Below are positions 27,801 to 34,696 of a DNA stretch of 64,000 bases, one piece after another. The stretch lies in assembly GCA_009924135.1 (NCBI GenBank), contig RFSE01000005.1, positions 3,061 through 67,060 on the forward strand, written 5' to 3'. The stretch comes from Pseudomonadota bacterium (GTDB lineage Bacteria; Verrucomicrobiota; Verrucomicrobiia; Limisphaerales; SXTU01). A program made the position numbers and the translations under genes. The notes below the pieces were generated by a model. The model had not been told where the DNA came from and did no database searches. It saw nothing but the letters and a program-made list of their open reading frames with translations. How positions within the stretch are numbered: the stretch's first letter is position 1; every line of letters begins with the position of its first letter.

Positions 27801-27879
27801 CCGCGCCAAGCTGCGCCACGAGCACGCCCCACGCGGCCAGCAGAAGGCCGGTTCGAGCGAGGCTGGGCGGCAAGGTCAT
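24790..27879 (-). CDS. Planctomycete cytochrome c / DUF1549 / DUF1553 protein
   Basis: Start MTLPPSLAR; CHECH, YGERWARHW, CARCHAHKFDPI, PSHPELLDWLA, NSNEFLF. Confidence 0.93.
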   Translation of the reverse strand: MTLPPSLARTGLLLAAWGVLVAQLGAAEADMLFKEQVLPVLAKHCHECHSHAAKKSKNGLVLDSAGAILTGGDSGPAVVQGDPEHSLLIKAVRQTSADLQMPPKGKAKLTDAEVAVLVEWVKQVPPPKEVVARVSTDWWSLKPLVRPAVPSNQSSGFSVRSDKAVRSAGPAKLKTEHWSLNASPNPIDRFIATKLREKNLQPAPEADARTLIRRLHFDLLGLPPSPEEVEAFVRDFPSSGRRDEEAEGRREKAFAATVDRLLASPHYGERWARHWFDTIHFADTHGFEHDLLRTNAWRYRDYVITAFNRDVPWQRFIREQLAADVFYPLESQLTAGLGFLGAGPLDKSTQSTAPRTFDYIDRDDLVTQTMTAFASTTANCARCHAHKFDPISQEDYYALQAVFAGITKADLPFDASPEVARQRKTWQDLNEAALRNDAAVLLSQEHQAFVEQWAVAHGHQDTLWQPLVSVSARAAHGAVLKQNLDDSYSSTGPRPEKEVYALTVQSALPRITALRLEVLADPTLPKKGPGRQDNGNLHLSEFQAQVFTPEAPQGRELKFKRATADFNQADWGIERAIDGNETTAWGIYPRVGEDHLAVFELESPLALTSDSKLVITLKQLHGGGHLIGRFRLSATDSERPDIEPVPALVATALRRGRAQRTPEQQLALAAFALRQQARDELNKLPSQVQVFAVKSGLEPKPVHVLKRGDITKPGRLAEPGALSALADLPARFALADPKREALRRVALADWLADPRNPLTWRSAANRVWHFHFGRGLCDTPSDFGRMGGVPSHPELLDWLACELRDSGGSLKHLHRLIVISAAYRQSSVESRGSKALGPRPSTLDPENHLLWRMNRSRLDAESFRDAVLAVSGRLDLTMGGPGTQHFKTSKGPQDTPKVDYTPFDWDSPGAGRRSIYRVVWRGIADPFMEALDFPDAALLQPTRSFSASALQALTLFNNDFVLRHSEHFAARVEKLGSDTPSRVSAAVRLAYQRAATEEEVRAMSAYADQHGLAALGRVLFNSNEFLFIN
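25348..25405. repeat. Heptamer palindromic element (GTCGAGG...CnnTCGA) in frame in the DUF1553 domain
   Basis: GTCGAGG x3 GCCGAGC G CCTTCGA CCCTCGA CTCTCGA CACTCGA. Confidence 0.9.
27340..27430. repeat. Heptamer palindromic element (CAGTnnn...nnnACTG) in frame in the DUF1549 gene
   Basis: CAGTGAC CAGTGTT CAGTTTT CAGTTT ... AACACTG AACCCTG AAGACTG ATTACTT. Confidence 0.88.
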
Positions 27880-27947
27880 GAACGTTCGCACAGAGTCAAC
27901 CGGACCTGACGCCGGAGCGCAAAGGCAATTCACCATAGAACAAGCCG

Positions 27948-27975
27948 TTGACAATAAGCCACCATCCGGTAGGGT
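27948..27975 (+). promoter_or_regulatory. Sigma70-like promoter of rpsT
   Basis: TTGACA-N16-TAGGGT, 25 nt before the ATG. Confidence 0.65.
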
Positions 27976-28000
27976 GCGCGCCTCTTTACGAGTAAATAAT

Positions 28001-28285
28001 ATGCCGAACACTAAGTCCGCCGCCCGTCGCATGCGCAACAGCGCGCGCAAGCACGTCCGTAACACCGTCGTCCGCACCCAGCTCAAGACGGTCGAGAAGA
28101 AATTCCGCGCCGCCGTCGCCACCAAGGCCGACAGCTCCCCCACCGCGCTGCGCGCTGCCATCTCCACGCTCGACAAGGCCGTGAACAAGGGCGTCATCAA
28201 GCGCAACACCGCCGACCGCAAGAAGTCCCGCCTCACGATCGCCCTCAACAAGGCGACGGCGGCTGCGGCCCCGGCGGCCAAGTAA
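28001..28285 (+). CDS. rpsT: 30S ribosomal protein S20
   Basis: MPNTKSAARRMR...LDKAVNKGVIKRNTADRKKSRL. Confidence 0.97.
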   Translation: MPNTKSAARRMRNSARKHVRNTVVRTQLKTVEKKFRAAVATKADSSPTALRAAISTLDKAVNKGVIKRNTADRKKSRLTIALNKATAAAAPAAK

Positions 28286-28306
28286 TTGGCACCCCCTTCA
28301 ACAAGC

Positions 28307-28335
28307 AGGCGTTCCGGTCTCGGAACGCCTTTTTT
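28307..28335 (+). terminator. Rho-independent terminator of rpsT
   Basis: AGGCGTTCCG GTCT CGGAACGCCT TTTTT. Confidence 0.9.
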
Positions 28336-28403
28336 CGTTTCCTGCGGGGCTCAACGCCTTTGTCCCTTGACGGAGCGAAGCAGGCCACCGTCAATTTGCG
28401 CCC

Positions 28404-29681
28404 ATGAATCTGCTCCGACTGTCTTCGCTTCTCCTAGCCGCGCTCGCGGCGGCGGCTTTGACCGGGTCCGCCGCCGACTGGCCGCAGTGGCGCGGCCCGT
28501 TGCGCACCGGTTTCGTCGCCCCGGGCGAGAAACTCCCCACCGCGCTTCCGGCCGAGCCCAAAGTGCTCTGGCGCGCCAAGGTCGGCGAAGGCTTTGCCTC
28601 ACCCGTCGTCGCGGGCGGCAAGATCTTCGTGCTCGATAATCAGGGCGGCAAGGAAACCCTCCGCGCGTTTGACGCGGTCAAGGGGGCTGAACTGTGGCGC
28701 GCCGAAGTGGACGACGCGGTCGGCGACAAACAAGGCCCGCCCGGTCCGCGGTGCACGCCGCTCGTGGATGGCGACCGTGTGTATGCCCAGTCCGTCAAGG
28801 GCGAGCTGCATTGCCGCAACGTGGCGGATGGCAAGCTGCTTTGGCGGAAGAATTACGTGCAGGACTTCGCCGCCGTTTTCATCGGCGAGACCGGTCAGGC
28901 CCAAGGGGCCACGCGCCACGGCAACACGGGTTCCCCGCTGATCGATGGGGACTGGCTCATCGCGCTGGCGGGCGGCACGAACGGAGCCGGCGTGGTCGCC
29001 TTGGAAAAGAAGACCGGCAAACCGGTTTGGACTTCGCAGAACGACCAGGCCGCCTACTCGGCTCCGATCGTGGCGACGCTCAGCGGGGTGAAGCAGGTCA
29101 TTGCCTTTACCTGTGACGGCCTGATTGGCTTGAATTTCGCCGACGGCAAGCTGCTCTGGCGCATCCCGCTCAAGACTCAGTTCAGCCGCCACGTCACCAC
29201 GCCCGTGGTCGTGGACGACATTGTGGTTATCGCCTCGCACACGCTCGGACTCATCGGCACGAAGGTGACGAAGACAGGCGCGGAGTTCACCGCGACGCAG
29301 GCGTGGGCGAGCAAGGAAGCGGCGATCAACTACTCCAGCCCGGTCGTCGTGGGCAAACACCTCTACTGCGTCGGGCCGAACAAAAATCTGATCTGCGTGG
29401 ACGTGCCGGCCGGCAAGGTCGCGTGGTCGCAGGATGGCGTGTTCACCTCGGACAAAAACAAGGCCGTGGGTTATTTCATCGTCCTGGGCGCAAACATCCT
29501 CGTCAGCACCGACAGCGGCCAGCTCGTGCTCTTCGCCGCCGAGCCGGCCGCCTACCGCGAACTTGGCCGCGCCCAGGTCTGTGCCTCGACCTGGTCCGGT
29601 CCGGCCTACTCCGACGGGAAGCTCTACCATCGCGACGGCGTGAAAACCGGCGGCGAACTGCTCTGCGTGGAATTGAAATAG
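28404..29681 (+). CDS. Secreted PQQ-like beta-propeller protein
   Basis: Signal peptide, ADWPQWRGP, GPRCTP, YSSP, DGKLY. Confidence 0.9.
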   Translation: MNLLRLSSLLLAALAAAALTGSAADWPQWRGPLRTGFVAPGEKLPTALPAEPKVLWRAKVGEGFASPVVAGGKIFVLDNQGGKETLRAFDAVKGAELWRAEVDDAVGDKQGPPGPRCTPLVDGDRVYAQSVKGELHCRNVADGKLLWRKNYVQDFAAVFIGETGQAQGATRHGNTGSPLIDGDWLIALAGGTNGAGVVALEKKTGKPVWTSQNDQAAYSAPIVATLSGVKQVIAFTCDGLIGLNFADGKLLWRIPLKTQFSRHVTTPVVVDDIVVIASHTLGLIGTKVTKTGAEFTATQAWASKEAAINYSSPVVVGKHLYCVGPNKNLICVDVPAGKVAWSQDGVFTSDKNKAVGYFIVLGANILVSTDSGQLVLFAAEPAAYRELGRAQVCASTWSGPAYSDGKLYHRDGVKTGGELLCVELK

Positions 29682-29687
29682 CCGCGC

Positions 29688-30527
29688 ATGTTCACCTGCC
29701 TCGTTTGCCGCTGTCTCTGCATCGAAGCGACACAATTTGAAGCCATCGCCCTGGCCCACCGGCACGGCTTTCAAGCGGTCGAAGCGCGCGCCGATGAGCT
29801 GGCCCGTTTATCCGAAGATGAGCTGGTCCGCTTGTTGGACGAGCTCCACACGAAAGGGCTGCGCTTCGGACTGGCCGGGCTGCCCATCGACATGCGCCGC
29901 GACGCCCAGCGCTTCGCCGATGGCTTGCGTCTGCTGCCCGGCTACGCCCGGGTCCTGCAACGCTGCGGGGTGACACGGCTCGGTGCATCCATCGTTCCCG
30001 CGCATGACGAGCTGGCCTACGGGGAGAACTTTCAGCAGCACGTCGAACGCCTCGGCGCGGTCGCGCAGGTGCTGGGGGACTACGGCATCCAGTTCGGCTT
30101 CGAATACTGCGCCACCCCCGCACTCCGGCGCGGAAAACGGCACCCGTTCATTAGCACTTTGCCCCAGCTTCGCGAACTCATCGCCGCCATCAACGCGCCC
30201 AACCTCGGGCTCGTGCTCGACTCGTGGCACTGGTGGATGAGCGGCAGTCCCGCCGCCGAACTGGCGTCACTCACCGCTGGGGAAATTGTGAGTGTGGACC
30301 TGGACGATGCGCCCCTCGGCATACCCCGCGAGGAGCTCGGCGACCGTCAGCGGGAACTGCCCGGGGCGACCGGCGTGATTGACCTCCCGCAATTTCTCGG
30401 GGCGATCCGGCGGCTGGGGTACGACGGGCCGCTCCGCCTGGAGCCGTTCGAGTTCCCCGGTTCAAGTGCACCACCCGACGAGGTTTGTGCGGCCGCGATG
30501 GACGCATTGCGGCGGGTGCTGCCCTGA
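29688..30527 (+). CDS. Sugar phosphate isomerase/epimerase (xylose isomerase-like TIM barrel)
   Basis: FGFEY, LDSWHW, RELPGATGVIDL, GYDGPLRLEPF. Confidence 0.85.
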   Translation: MFTCLVCRCLCIEATQFEAIALAHRHGFQAVEARADELARLSEDELVRLLDELHTKGLRFGLAGLPIDMRRDAQRFADGLRLLPGYARVLQRCGVTRLGASIVPAHDELAYGENFQQHVERLGAVAQVLGDYGIQFGFEYCATPALRRGKRHPFISTLPQLRELIAAINAPNLGLVLDSWHWWMSGSPAAELASLTAGEIVSVDLDDAPLGIPREELGDRQRELPGATGVIDLPQFLGAIRRLGYDGPLRLEPFEFPGSSAPPDEVCAAAMDALRRVLP

Positions 30528-30533
30528 GGGGAG

Positions 30534-31295
30534 TTACTCCAGATCCCACAGCGCGTTGGGATCGCTCTGCGGCAGGTGCAGGCCGATGGCCGTGTTACGC
30601 ATCGCCTCGAAATGTCCGTCGGCATGGACGGTCATCACCATTTTGTTGTGCCGGGGGTAGGTGCGGCACGGGAGTGTGGCGTAAAACGCATTGTTCAGGG
30701 TCCGGAAGATGATGCGGTCCTGGGTGCTGCTGGTGCCCAGGGGCGTGGGTGCCGCCACCCACTGTTCTGGATCAGGGTTGCTTTGAGAGGCGGCCGTGAT
30801 CCATGCCACGTCGGCAAACACCACAGTGGCCGAAGTCTTCGCGATGCGGCTCTCATGAATTCGATTCGGGTTTTGATTGGCGAGGAACGTGCCTATGTTG
30901 GGGTAGTTCAAGCCGATGCCCCAGTTGCCGTTGGGCAAGCCGAAGACGGTCGGCTCCTTCACATCGGGGCAATTGTAAATCTTGCCGTCCCCTCCAGTGT
31001 AACGGCTGAGCGTGTCCGGCCAATGTGTGCCCACCCCGCCAGGCAGGAGCGCGTTGGCCGGGGGTGTGAATCCAGATGTCAACTGCGGGAAGTAACCTTC
31101 GTTGTCATCCACGTAAAGCTTGAGTGCAATGCCCAGTTGGCGCGAGTTGTTGGCACACTTGGTGGCATTAGCCTTGGCCTTCGCCTTGGCCAGCGCGGGC
31201 AGCAGCATCCCGGCCAGAATGGCGATGATGGCGATGACGACAAGGAGTTCAATCAGGGTGAAGGCCCGGTTTCGCCGGATGAAAACTGATTTCAT
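30534..31295 (-). CDS. Prepilin-type N-methylation / H-X9-DG protein (intact)
   Basis: [51 protein letters not shown]. Confidence 0.92.
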   Translation of the reverse strand: MKSVFIRRNRAFTLIELLVVIAIIAILAGMLLPALAKAKAKANATKCANNSRQLGIALKLYVDDNEGYFPQLTSGFTPPANALLPGGVGTHWPDTLSRYTGGDGKIYNCPDVKEPTVFGLPNGNWGIGLNYPNIGTFLANQNPNRIHESRIAKTSATVVFADVAWITAASQSNPDPEQWVAAPTPLGTSSTQDRIIFRTLNNAFYATLPCRTYPRHNKMVMTVHADGHFEAMRNTAIGLHLPQSDPNALWDLE

Positions 31296-31402
31296 ATGCC
31301 AAATGGAGATTCGAGTTGATAATCAGCCAAACCCGCAGCCCGGTCAAACCGGATGTTGTAAATCTCCTGTAAAGCCCCGCCGCTCCCGCCTACGCTCGCG
31401 CC

Positions 31403-32203
31403 ATGATGTTGCCAGCCGACTATCACATGCACACGCCGCTCTGCCGCCACGCGGCCGGCGAGCCCGTGGAATACGCCGCCCGCGCCGTGGCGGCCGGCCT
31501 CACGGAGATCGGCTTCAGCGACCACTCGCCCATGCGCCGCGATGACTTCGACAACTGGCGGATGTTTGACCATCAGCTCGACGAGTACGTGGAGAAGGTC
31601 CGCCATGCGCAACGCGAGTTCCCGCAGCTCACCATCAAGCTCGCACTCGAGGTGGATTACCTGCCCGGCCACGAGGAATGGATTCGCGACCTGGCGGGCC
31701 GGCATCCGTGGGATTATTTCATCGGCTCCGTGCATTACGTGTCGGACGCGTGGGACGTGGACAACCCGGAGAAGCTCTCGCAATGGAAGACGCGCGATCC
31801 GTTCGAGGTGTGGTCCGTCTATTTTGAGCGGCTGACGATGGCCGCGCAGAGCGGGCTGTTTGAAATCATCGGCCACGCGGACCTGCCCAAGAAGTTCAAG
31901 TATTACCCGGACCGCGACTGCTCACGTATTTTCGACGCATTTCTGCGCGCCGCGAAGGCCAGCGGGACGGCCATCGAGCTGAACACCGCCGGCTTGCGCA
32001 AGGACTGCCGCGAGATCTACCCAAGCCGGTTCTTCCTCCAGCGCGCCTATCAAATCGGCGTGCCCATCACCTTCGGCTCGGACGCCCACGCACCGGGCGA
32101 CGTGGGCGCGGACTGGGACAAGGCCCTGGCCCTGACGACCTCCGTGGGTTACACGCACTGGTGCCGCTTCACCCAACGGCAACGCGCAGTGGTGGCACTG
32201 TAG
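31403..32203 (+). CDS. hisJ: Histidinol-phosphatase, HisJ/PHP family
   Basis: DYHMHT.LC.HA, SDHSP, IGSVHY, GHADL, GSDAH. Confidence 0.88.
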   Translation: MMLPADYHMHTPLCRHAAGEPVEYAARAVAAGLTEIGFSDHSPMRRDDFDNWRMFDHQLDEYVEKVRHAQREFPQLTIKLALEVDYLPGHEEWIRDLAGRHPWDYFIGSVHYVSDAWDVDNPEKLSQWKTRDPFEVWSVYFERLTMAAQSGLFEIIGHADLPKKFKYYPDRDCSRIFDAFLRAAKASGTAIELNTAGLRKDCREIYPSRFFLQRAYQIGVPITFGSDAHAPGDVGADWDKALALTTSVGYTHWCRFTQRQRAVVAL

Positions 32204-32228
32204 CCACCCGGCTTGTTGGCGCTATTTC

Positions 32229-32462
32229 TCATACTTGCCTGCGGCGAAGGAGAACCAACTCCTCGTCGTGGAACTTCGTATAGAGTCTGCCAAACGTTGG
32301 GCCGGTAAGCATGACTCCTTCGCCGTGCTCGCTCCAATAGTCAGCCCAACTTGCGCTGTGACTCGTTATGACAGACTCGACAATCCCGTCCCACGCTCCA
32401 ATCCGCACCACATCGCCTTCGTGAATCGGCTCGCCGGAGCAATATGTCGGTTCACTCTTCAT
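32229..32462 (-). CDS. Small hypothetical protein (cassette-like)
   Basis: 77 aa; ATG immediately follows the GTTGGC end of a repeat. Confidence 0.6.
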   Translation of the reverse strand: MKSEPTYCSGEPIHEGDVVRIGAWDGIVESVITSHSASWADYWSEHGEGVMLTGPTFGRLYTKFHDEELVLLRRRQV

Positions 32463-32532
32463 GCCAACATTGTATCAGGCCGAAGCCCATGCACGGCCCC
32501 GTGCATGAGGGAAGCTGGCGAATGGTTGCTCA
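32463..32532 (-). repeat. ~70-bp cassette-boundary repeat, copy B (attC-like)
   Basis: TGAGCAACCATT...ATGCACGG GG CCGTGCAT...GCCTGATACAATGTTGGC. Confidence 0.7.
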
Positions 32533-32814
32533 CAAATAGTAAACCAGGAAAACCCCGGTGACGATCAGGGCGACAACGAGCAGACCGACCAGCGCCGTGG
32601 TTTCCGGGGTGAGGTAAACCTGCTGCCCGCGCCGGTGAAACGAGCCTCCCGTCTTCTGCTTGCGTTGCCGTGTGTCCGCAGTGATAGGGTCGCATTTGAG
32701 GCGGCCAAGCGAGAAGACTGGCACAACTACCCATCCGATATAGTAGCAGACGACGTGGAGGAAGAACTCCAGAATCGGCTGCAGGATAAGCTCTCCAATG
32801 AAGCTACCGGGCAT
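32530..32814 (-). CDS. Small membrane protein (cassette-like)
   Basis: 94 aa with N- and C-terminal hydrophobic segments; follows GTTAGGC. Confidence 0.65.
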   Translation of the reverse strand: MPGSFIGELILQPILEFFLHVVCYYIGWVVVPVFSLGRLKCDPITADTRQRKQKTGGSFHRRGQQVYLTPETTALVGLLVVALIVTGVFLVYYL

Positions 32815-32834
32815 GGGTCAAAGCGTGGTTAGCG

Positions 32835-32906
32835 GCCTAACATTGTCGCCGACCAAAGTCCGTACATGGCCTCGTGCACCAAGGATGTTTGTAAATGGCT
32901 TGCTCA
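32835..32906 (-). repeat. ~72-bp cassette-boundary repeat, copy A (attC-like)
   Basis: TGAGCAAGCCATT...TGCACGAGGCCATGTAC...GACAATGTTAGGC; 49 of 68 aligned columns identical to copy B by hand alignment. Confidence 0.7.
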
Positions 32907-33019
32907 GGATGAGCTGAGGAAACCAGCCCCGCGCCGGTTTGGGAAGGCTTCTTTGGCACGCGGGCCGGTGCTCCGGGATGTGACTGGGACTAAGCGCTTC
33001 AGATCACGACTTCGCACCA

Positions 33020-33078
33020 GTTACGCGCACTGGTGCCGCTTCACGCAGCGGAAGAGCCAAATGGTGCGGCTCACTTGA
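33020..33078 (+). pseudogene. Duplicated 3' end of hisJ
   Basis: GTTACGCGCACTGGTGCCGCTTCAC matches 32148-32172 at 24/25; encodes YAHWCRFTQRKSQMVRLT* vs YTHWCRFTQRQRAVVAL*. Confidence 0.88.
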
Positions 33079-33085
33079 GCCGAGG

Positions 33086-33487
33086 TCACGGCGGAGCCAG
33101 AAACGGAACCGGCTCCCGTCCGCGTCGTCGATAGACTTGGAAGTCCTGCCGGTCAATCGTCAGCACCATGGAATCCCGCCAAACTTCGGTCATCCGCACC
33201 AAACAGGCGTCGGCCAGCCCCATGTCGCGGTCGCTGAACTGACGCAGGAGCCGGAGAATTTCGGTGGCATGGTCTGAGGCGCTGAACTCCACCACCAAAT
33301 CGCCCGCCTCCACCAGCTCCAACACCGGCGCGGCATGGCCAGCAGATGAGTGGCCTCCGTCAGCACCGCCTCACACGTAAAGAGCGGCCAGCGCAAACAC
33401 CGCAGCGTGTCGGTCGCCCAAGCGTGGTGCGGGTCGCGGCGATTGAGCAGGGCGACCAGCGGACCCGGTGTCGAGGAAGTGCTTCAC
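33086..33487 (-). pseudogene. PIN-domain (VapC-like) toxin with two frameshifts
   Basis: VKHFLDTG / PLVALLNRRDPHH..CEAVLTEATHLL / ..MGLADACLVRM..TIDRQDFQVYR; the middle segment is out of frame and the start frame hits TGA. Confidence 0.85.
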
Positions 33488-33714
33488 CGGAGCATCGCCT
33501 TGCGGACCTCGCTGTTGGTCGCGGAGCGGGCGGGGCCGTTCACGCTGCCACAGAGCCGGGCCACGGTGGGCGGCAACCCCTCGGAGTCACCGGCCAGCAC
33601 CCGGTCCACCCCGGAGTGAATGTCCTGCGTCTGCGTGAGGCCGGTTTTCTTCTGGTAAGCGCGCAGGGCGGCAGCTCGCTTTGCCCCGAGGCGAACGGTG
33701 AGAACTTCGTTCAT
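33484..33714 (-). CDS. Putative antitoxin (RHH/CopG-like)
   Basis: MNEVLTVRL..., C-terminal CGSVNGP..SATN; GTGA overlap with the PIN gene. Confidence 0.7.
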   Translation of the reverse strand: MNEVLTVRLGAKRAAALRAYQKKTGLTQTQDIHSGVDRVLAGDSEGLPPTVARLCGSVNGPARSATNSEVRKAMLR

Positions 33715-33794
33715 GGGACGCCTCTAATGCGCGGCTGCAGTCCTTGCAATACGAAGTATCCCGGCGCTTTGAAAACCCGATGCGGTGCGCCCCC

Positions 33795-33920
33795 GTAGTC
33801 GCAACCTTCAGGTTGCGAATCCGCATTTGTCTTAGCGGCGTTCTGCGGGCGCCGAGTTGGGCAACCGGCGGTCACAGACCACCGCTACAGACTGACGCGC
33901 AGGCTGAAGCCTGCGACTAC
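33795..33920. repeat. Nested GTAG-type REP cluster overlapping the lpxA stop
   Basis: GTAGTCGCAACCTTCAGGTTGCG ... CGCAGGCTGAAGCCTGCGACTAC, enclosing TAGCGG...ACCGCTAC. Confidence 0.8.
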
Positions 33921-34696
33921 TTGGAAATCCCCCGTTCGCTGGACTTAACGAACGCGATGAGGTGCTGGAGTTCCGGCAGCGGCGGCAGCTCGGCTTCGAT
34001 TTTGATGAGGGCGTTTGAGACGGTCAGCCCGTCGCGGAACAGGATCTTGTAGGCCTTCTTTAGGGCCGCCTGCGCAGCTTCAGGCACACCGTTGCGTTCC
34101 ATGCCCACCTTGTTCAGCGCCTTGGTCTCGGCGGGATTGCCATCGGCGAGCATGAAGGGCGGCACGTCCTGCACGACCTTCGCGCAGCCACCGATGATGG
34201 CCATGCGTCCGATGCGGCAGAACTGGTGGACCGCCGCCAGCCCGCCGATGATCGCGTGATCCTCCACGATCACATGGCCGGCGAGCGTGCCAACGTTCGA
34301 CATCACGATGTGGTTGCCCACGCGGCAGTCGTGCGCGATGTGCGTGTAGGCGAGGAAATGATTGTGCGAACCGATGATTGTGGCGTCCCCATCACTGGTG
34401 GCGCTGTGGACGGTGGAGTTCTCGCGGAAGACGTTGTGATCGCCGATGACGGTGCGCGTGACTCCGCCCTTCCACTTCAAATCCTGGGTCTTGAGTCCGA
34501 GGGCGGCGAAGGGGAAGACTTCGTTGTAGACTCCGAGCGTGGTGTGCCCGTCGATCACGACGTGCGAGTGCAGTTTGCAGTCCGGCCCGAGCACGACGTG
34601 CCCGCCAATGACACAGAACGGCCCGATGTGGCAGTTCGAGCCGATTTGGGCGTCGGGATGGATGACCGCCGAAGGATGAACGTTCCCGGAGCTCAT
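33917..34696 (-). CDS. lpxA: UDP-N-acetylglucosamine O-acyltransferase
   Basis: VHPSAVI hexapeptide repeats, QDLKW, HIAHDC, LAGHV, VHQFCRIG, QDVPPF. Confidence 0.97.
   Translation of the reverse strand: MSSGNVHPSAVIHPDAQIGSNCHIGPFCVIGGHVVLGPDCKLHSHVVIDGHTTLGVYNEVFPFAALGLKTQDLKWKGGVTRTVIGDHNVFRENSTVHSATSDGDATIIGSHNHFLAYTHIAHDCRVGNHIVMSNVGTLAGHVIVEDHAIIGGLAAVHQFCRIGRMAIIGGCAKVVQDVPPFMLADGNPAETKALNKVGMERNGVPEAAQAALKKAYKILFRDGLTVSNALIKIEAELPPLPELQHLIAFVKSSERGISK

Noticed and set aside
27880-28281. 5' extension of the 1163-aa ORF and of the 168-aa S20 ORF
   Set aside because: The extension overlaps rpsT and its promoter; the real starts are taken as 27879 (-) and 28001 (+).
21383-31295. Diversity-generating retroelement acting on the pilin-like genes
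   Set aside because: No reverse transcriptase and no template/variable repeat pair differing at adenines was seen.
32204-33019. Complete integron
   Set aside because: No intI or attI is visible; only cassette-like repeats are reported.
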